DNA of 64,000 nucleotides, from assembly GCA_011524855.1 (NCBI GenBank), contig WTJK01000017.1, positions 13,054 to 77,053 of the forward strand, given 5' to 3'. Every line of letters starts with the position of its first letter. Positions within the stretch are counted from its first letter, which is position 1. This DNA is from Methanobacteriota archaeon (GTDB taxonomy: Archaea > Thermoplasmatota > Poseidoniia > Poseidoniales > Poseidoniaceae). Under the pieces are notes generated by a model, which worked only from the letters and a program-made list of their open reading frames with translations, was not told where the DNA came from and searched no databases. Shown here in pieces: positions 61,619 to 64,000 of this stretch. The translations under genes and the position numbers were made by a program.

Positions 61619-62866
61619 GTGGGTCGCATGGCCCTCCATGTGGACGGTGATGGTTCCACCTCCACACAAGTTCACTTGGATGAGTTAACGCAACGCACCA
61701 CGCGTGTGTTCTTGGTCGTGGGTCTTGCCTCGCTTGTCTGGTACCGTTCTGTCGACGTCGTGCTCGATGATCTGATGGCCCGCCTGTCGCCATGCGTCGA
61801 AGACTGTTTGAACATCTACGAACCTGCCCAATGGAGCGTCGTGCGCTGGATGACGGCCCTTTTGTTGGGTGCATTGAGTGGGTTGCCCTATGCGTTGCAC
61901 CAGGCGTTCCAATTTGCCAAACCCGGCTTGTTGCTGACGGAGCGCCGTGCGCTTCGTGCGTGGATGATGTTCACTCTCACCGTCGTCCTGACCGGTTCAT
62001 GGCTCTTGGTGGCGGTGGCTGTTCCAGAGGTGTACGCTCGCGGGTACGTCCATCACCGATCTATTGGACTGGACGCACAGTACAGTGCAATCCATCTGAT
62101 CTCGATGGCGGGGTTCGCTGTGTTGATGTGGTTGACCATGACCAGCGTTTGGTGCTCCACCGTGAGTTTGGGGTGGATGGGGTGGATCACACGTGCCACG
62201 GCACCCGTCTGGCGATGGCGTTTGTACGGCGCTGCCACGTTGATCATGGTGGCTGCCAGCCCTCCCACAGCGCGGTCAGCTATCCTTCCCATGGTGTTGG
62301 TAACCGTTGCCATCAACGAGCAATTGGGGCACCGCTGGTGGAGGTCTCTCCCGTTTCAGCACGGCACCCTCACCGAGATGTTCGATGACCTCGGGGCGAG
62401 AAGACGTCGCCTTTACGTGGATTGTTCGTGCGCAGGTGCGAACGCATTTGGCGGGGCCATGATGGAGCGAGACGAAGCGAGCGTACGAGCGACAGCCTTG
62501 TGTTTGCATCGTACGGAGCAAGAACGGCTTGTCCAACATGTGGTGGGTGCAAACATCACGGATGTGGTGATCACAGGATGCGACGGCAAGCCATGTCCAT
62601 CCCTTCTCAAGCGCAACTTGAACGGCCTGCAATGCACGTTATCAGGTCTGAATTTGATGGGCATGGCATCGCATCGTGGGGACCCCGCTTTCATTCATCC
62701 ACTCGATTTGGACCATGCCATCTTGGGACATTGTGTCCCCCTAGGCCTCATGCACGGAAGTGTCGAACGCACAACCGGTGATGCTGTGGGTCCCTTGGGT
62801 GAGATGACAACCGTCCAACATACAATGAATTGGGTCCCCGCCGAATCGCCGGTTGGGCGCCAGTGA
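61619..62866 (+). CDS. tatC: TatC-like Sec-independent translocase subunit with a ~150-aa Cys-containing C-terminal extension.
   Basis: 'VHLDELTQRTTRVF' (TatC N-terminal HL.ELR motif), 'QAFQFAKPGLLLTERRALRAW' (cf. E. coli 'QVWAFIAPALYKHERRL') and 'SPPTARSAILPMV' (cf. 'TPPDVFSQTLLAIP'). The extension has 'CSCAG...GCDGKPCPS...C'. Confidence 0.6.
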   Translation: MGRMALHVDGDGSTSTQVHLDELTQRTTRVFLVVGLASLVWYRSVDVVLDDLMARLSPCVEDCLNIYEPAQWSVVRWMTALLLGALSGLPYALHQAFQFAKPGLLLTERRALRAWMMFTLTVVLTGSWLLVAVAVPEVYARGYVHHRSIGLDAQYSAIHLISMAGFAVLMWLTMTSVWCSTVSLGWMGWITRATAPVWRWRLYGAATLIMVAASPPTARSAILPMVLVTVAINEQLGHRWWRSLPFQHGTLTEMFDDLGARRRRLYVDCSCAGANAFGGAMMERDEASVRATALCLHRTEQERLVQHVVGANITDVVITGCDGKPCPSLLKRNLNGLQCTLSGLNLMGMASHRGDPAFIHPLDLDHAILGHCVPLGLMHGSVERTTGDAVGPLGEMTTVQHTMNWVPAESPVGRQ

Positions 62867-62940
62867 ACCACAGCCATGATGGTTGTTTCTGCCACGCAAC
62901 GGCGACGAAAGTTCAAACACACGCACAAGGTGTCCGAACC

Positions 62941-64000
62941 ATGCGAACGGTCATTGCTTGGCTGTTTGCAGCGTTGTTCACGACAACGGGCGGATGGATG
63001 TGGGCGAACGATGCCACGGTCGCATCGTGGATTCAAAACCAAATCGTCGAGGATGGCGATGAACTCGCACCGTTGCTCGGCCTCCAAACCGAGGAGCGCT
63101 GGCTGGTGGTGATCACCGATTTTTCAGACTCGCCTTCCGGAGGAAATGACCTCCAGATGGCAGAACAACTCTTGGAACAAAGCGCCGTTGATTACGTGCA
63201 CCAAATGAGTGGTGGCACAAGTGAACTCGACATCGATGTTCACCCTCGTGTGGTTCGCGCTCCCTCACCCTTGTCCACCTACGGAGCCGACCGAAACGGA
63301 CGCGACACAGGAACCGATGGTGCCTTTCTCCCCCTTGCGTTGGCCGAACATGTCGTTCAATCCATCGCAGACGAAGTGAATTGGTCCGTTTACGACCTGA
63401 ACGACGATGGGAGCGTTGACCGTTTGTTGATCCTTCACACCACCATCGGACAAGAGGAATCGCCGTCCAACACCCAACGAATTTGGAGTCATTTCACCCA
63501 TTTTGAAACGACCATCTCGGTGGGTGTGGACACAGAACTGGCCCATTACACCATGGCAAGTTTGGAAACAGGCTCGAGCGGTGTTGGCACCATCGTCCAC
63601 GAAATGCTTCACCAAATGGGGGCGTTGGACCTCTACCCCGTCCACTCCGAAAGTTCCTACCAAGCGTGGAAGGGCGTGGGGGATTGGGACATCATGGCGA
63701 GCGGCAATTGGAACGGTGGCGGTCGATGGCCTGCCCTTCCGACCGGCGCAACGCTCGACATCATCAACGCAGACCGAACACTCAACCTTGACCTGACATG
63801 GCCCGAAGGGAGCGCTCACCCGTGCTTTGGTCCAACCGTCCCCCTCGACCCCCTCTCAGAAGGTGGCCAAGTTTTGGCGGTTCCCATCGGGTCAGATGAA
63901 ACCGTGTACATCGAGTGGCGCAACGACTCTGGTTACGATGCACGTCTCCCCGGTCACGGCGTGTTGGTGACGGTCTTGGACCGAAGTGTCGGCGATGTGG
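62941..64000 (+). CDS. Secreted zinc metalloprotease (HExxH; M6/immune-inhibitor-A-like), 3' truncated by the window edge.
   Basis: Signal 'MRTVIAWLFAALFTTTGGWMWA'. 'TIVHEMLHQMGALDLYP' resembles the M6 'HEYGHNLGLPD' zinc site. The ORF runs off the window end. Confidence 0.5.
   Translation, partial: MRTVIAWLFAALFTTTGGWMWANDATVASWIQNQIVEDGDELAPLLGLQTEERWLVVITDFSDSPSGGNDLQMAEQLLEQSAVDYVHQMSGGTSELDIDVHPRVVRAPSPLSTYGADRNGRDTGTDGAFLPLALAEHVVQSIADEVNWSVYDLNDDGSVDRLLILHTTIGQEESPSNTQRIWSHFTHFETTISVGVDTELAHYTMASLETGSSGVGTIVHEMLHQMGALDLYPVHSESSYQAWKGVGDWDIMASGNWNGGGRWPALPTGATLDIINADRTLNLDLTWPEGSAHPCFGPTVPLDPLSEGGQVLAVPIGSDETVYIEWRNDSGYDARLPGHGVLVTVLDRSVGDV

Noticed and set aside
1-64000. A search for CRISPR arrays, rRNA genes, transposases or integrases, and prophage or defence islands.
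   Set aside because: No repeat-spacer periodicity was seen. No ORF has transposase, integrase, recombinase, nuclease-helicase or restriction-modification signatures. The single tRNA is not flanked by an integrase. The window looks like core chromosome.

Overview
This is a GC-rich (~58-60% by eye), gene-dense stretch of archaeal chromosome, mostly housekeeping and catabolic genes. There is no CRISPR array and no transposase or integrase. Archaeal/eukaryal-type markers include the ribosomal cluster S19e, PDCD5-like, L39e, L31e and S17e; PAN proteasome ATPase; primase PriS; aMBF1; Tsr3; Kae1; an archaeal-type MetRS with a C-terminal tRNA-binding domain; and a tRNA-Val(GAC) with a TATA-like box about 30 nt upstream. 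A marine euryarchaeon (Thermoplasmatota-like) is a guess only. Recognisable content: a futalosine-pathway menaquinone cluster (radical-SAM MqnE/C, MqnA, MqnD); a histidine-degradation pathway dispersed over ~20 kb (HutU, HutH, HutI, and formiminotransferase plus cyclodeaminase as two genes); a translationally coupled preQ0/archaeosine-precursor operon (RHH protein, FolE, QueE, QueC fused to MsrB, QueD); methylmalonyl-CoA mutase and epimerase; PntAA/AB/B transhydrogenase; malate dehydrogenase; IscA plus YgfZ; FdhD plus a YdeP/FdhF-like Mo-oxidoreductase plus an MFS transporter; an ABC exporter; and large N-glycosylation-sequon-rich surface proteins. The most unusual items: (i) a stand-alone half-length deoxyhypusine-hydroxylase-like HEAT protein with two His-Glu motifs; (ii) a QueC-MsrB fusion whose QueC part lacks all four Zn-ligand cysteines; (iii) a very acidic membrane protein with a double zinc ribbon and four EF-hands, co-operonic with a zinc-ribbon acidic protein and divergent from a DUF835-like gene; (iv) a 59-aa Trp-rich two-TM peptide followed by a PqqD-like RRE-type protein, convergent with an FGE/SUMF1-like enzyme and an FMN reductase; (v) a translationally coupled pair of a Pro-rich protein and a Lys/Ala-repeat-tailed membrane protein; (vi) a TatC-like protein with a ~150-aa Cys-containing C-terminal extension next to a secreted CxxCH protein. 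All coordinates are 1-based, and CDS ends include the stop codon as in the ORF track. Starts were refined by in-frame arithmetic from the ORF track.
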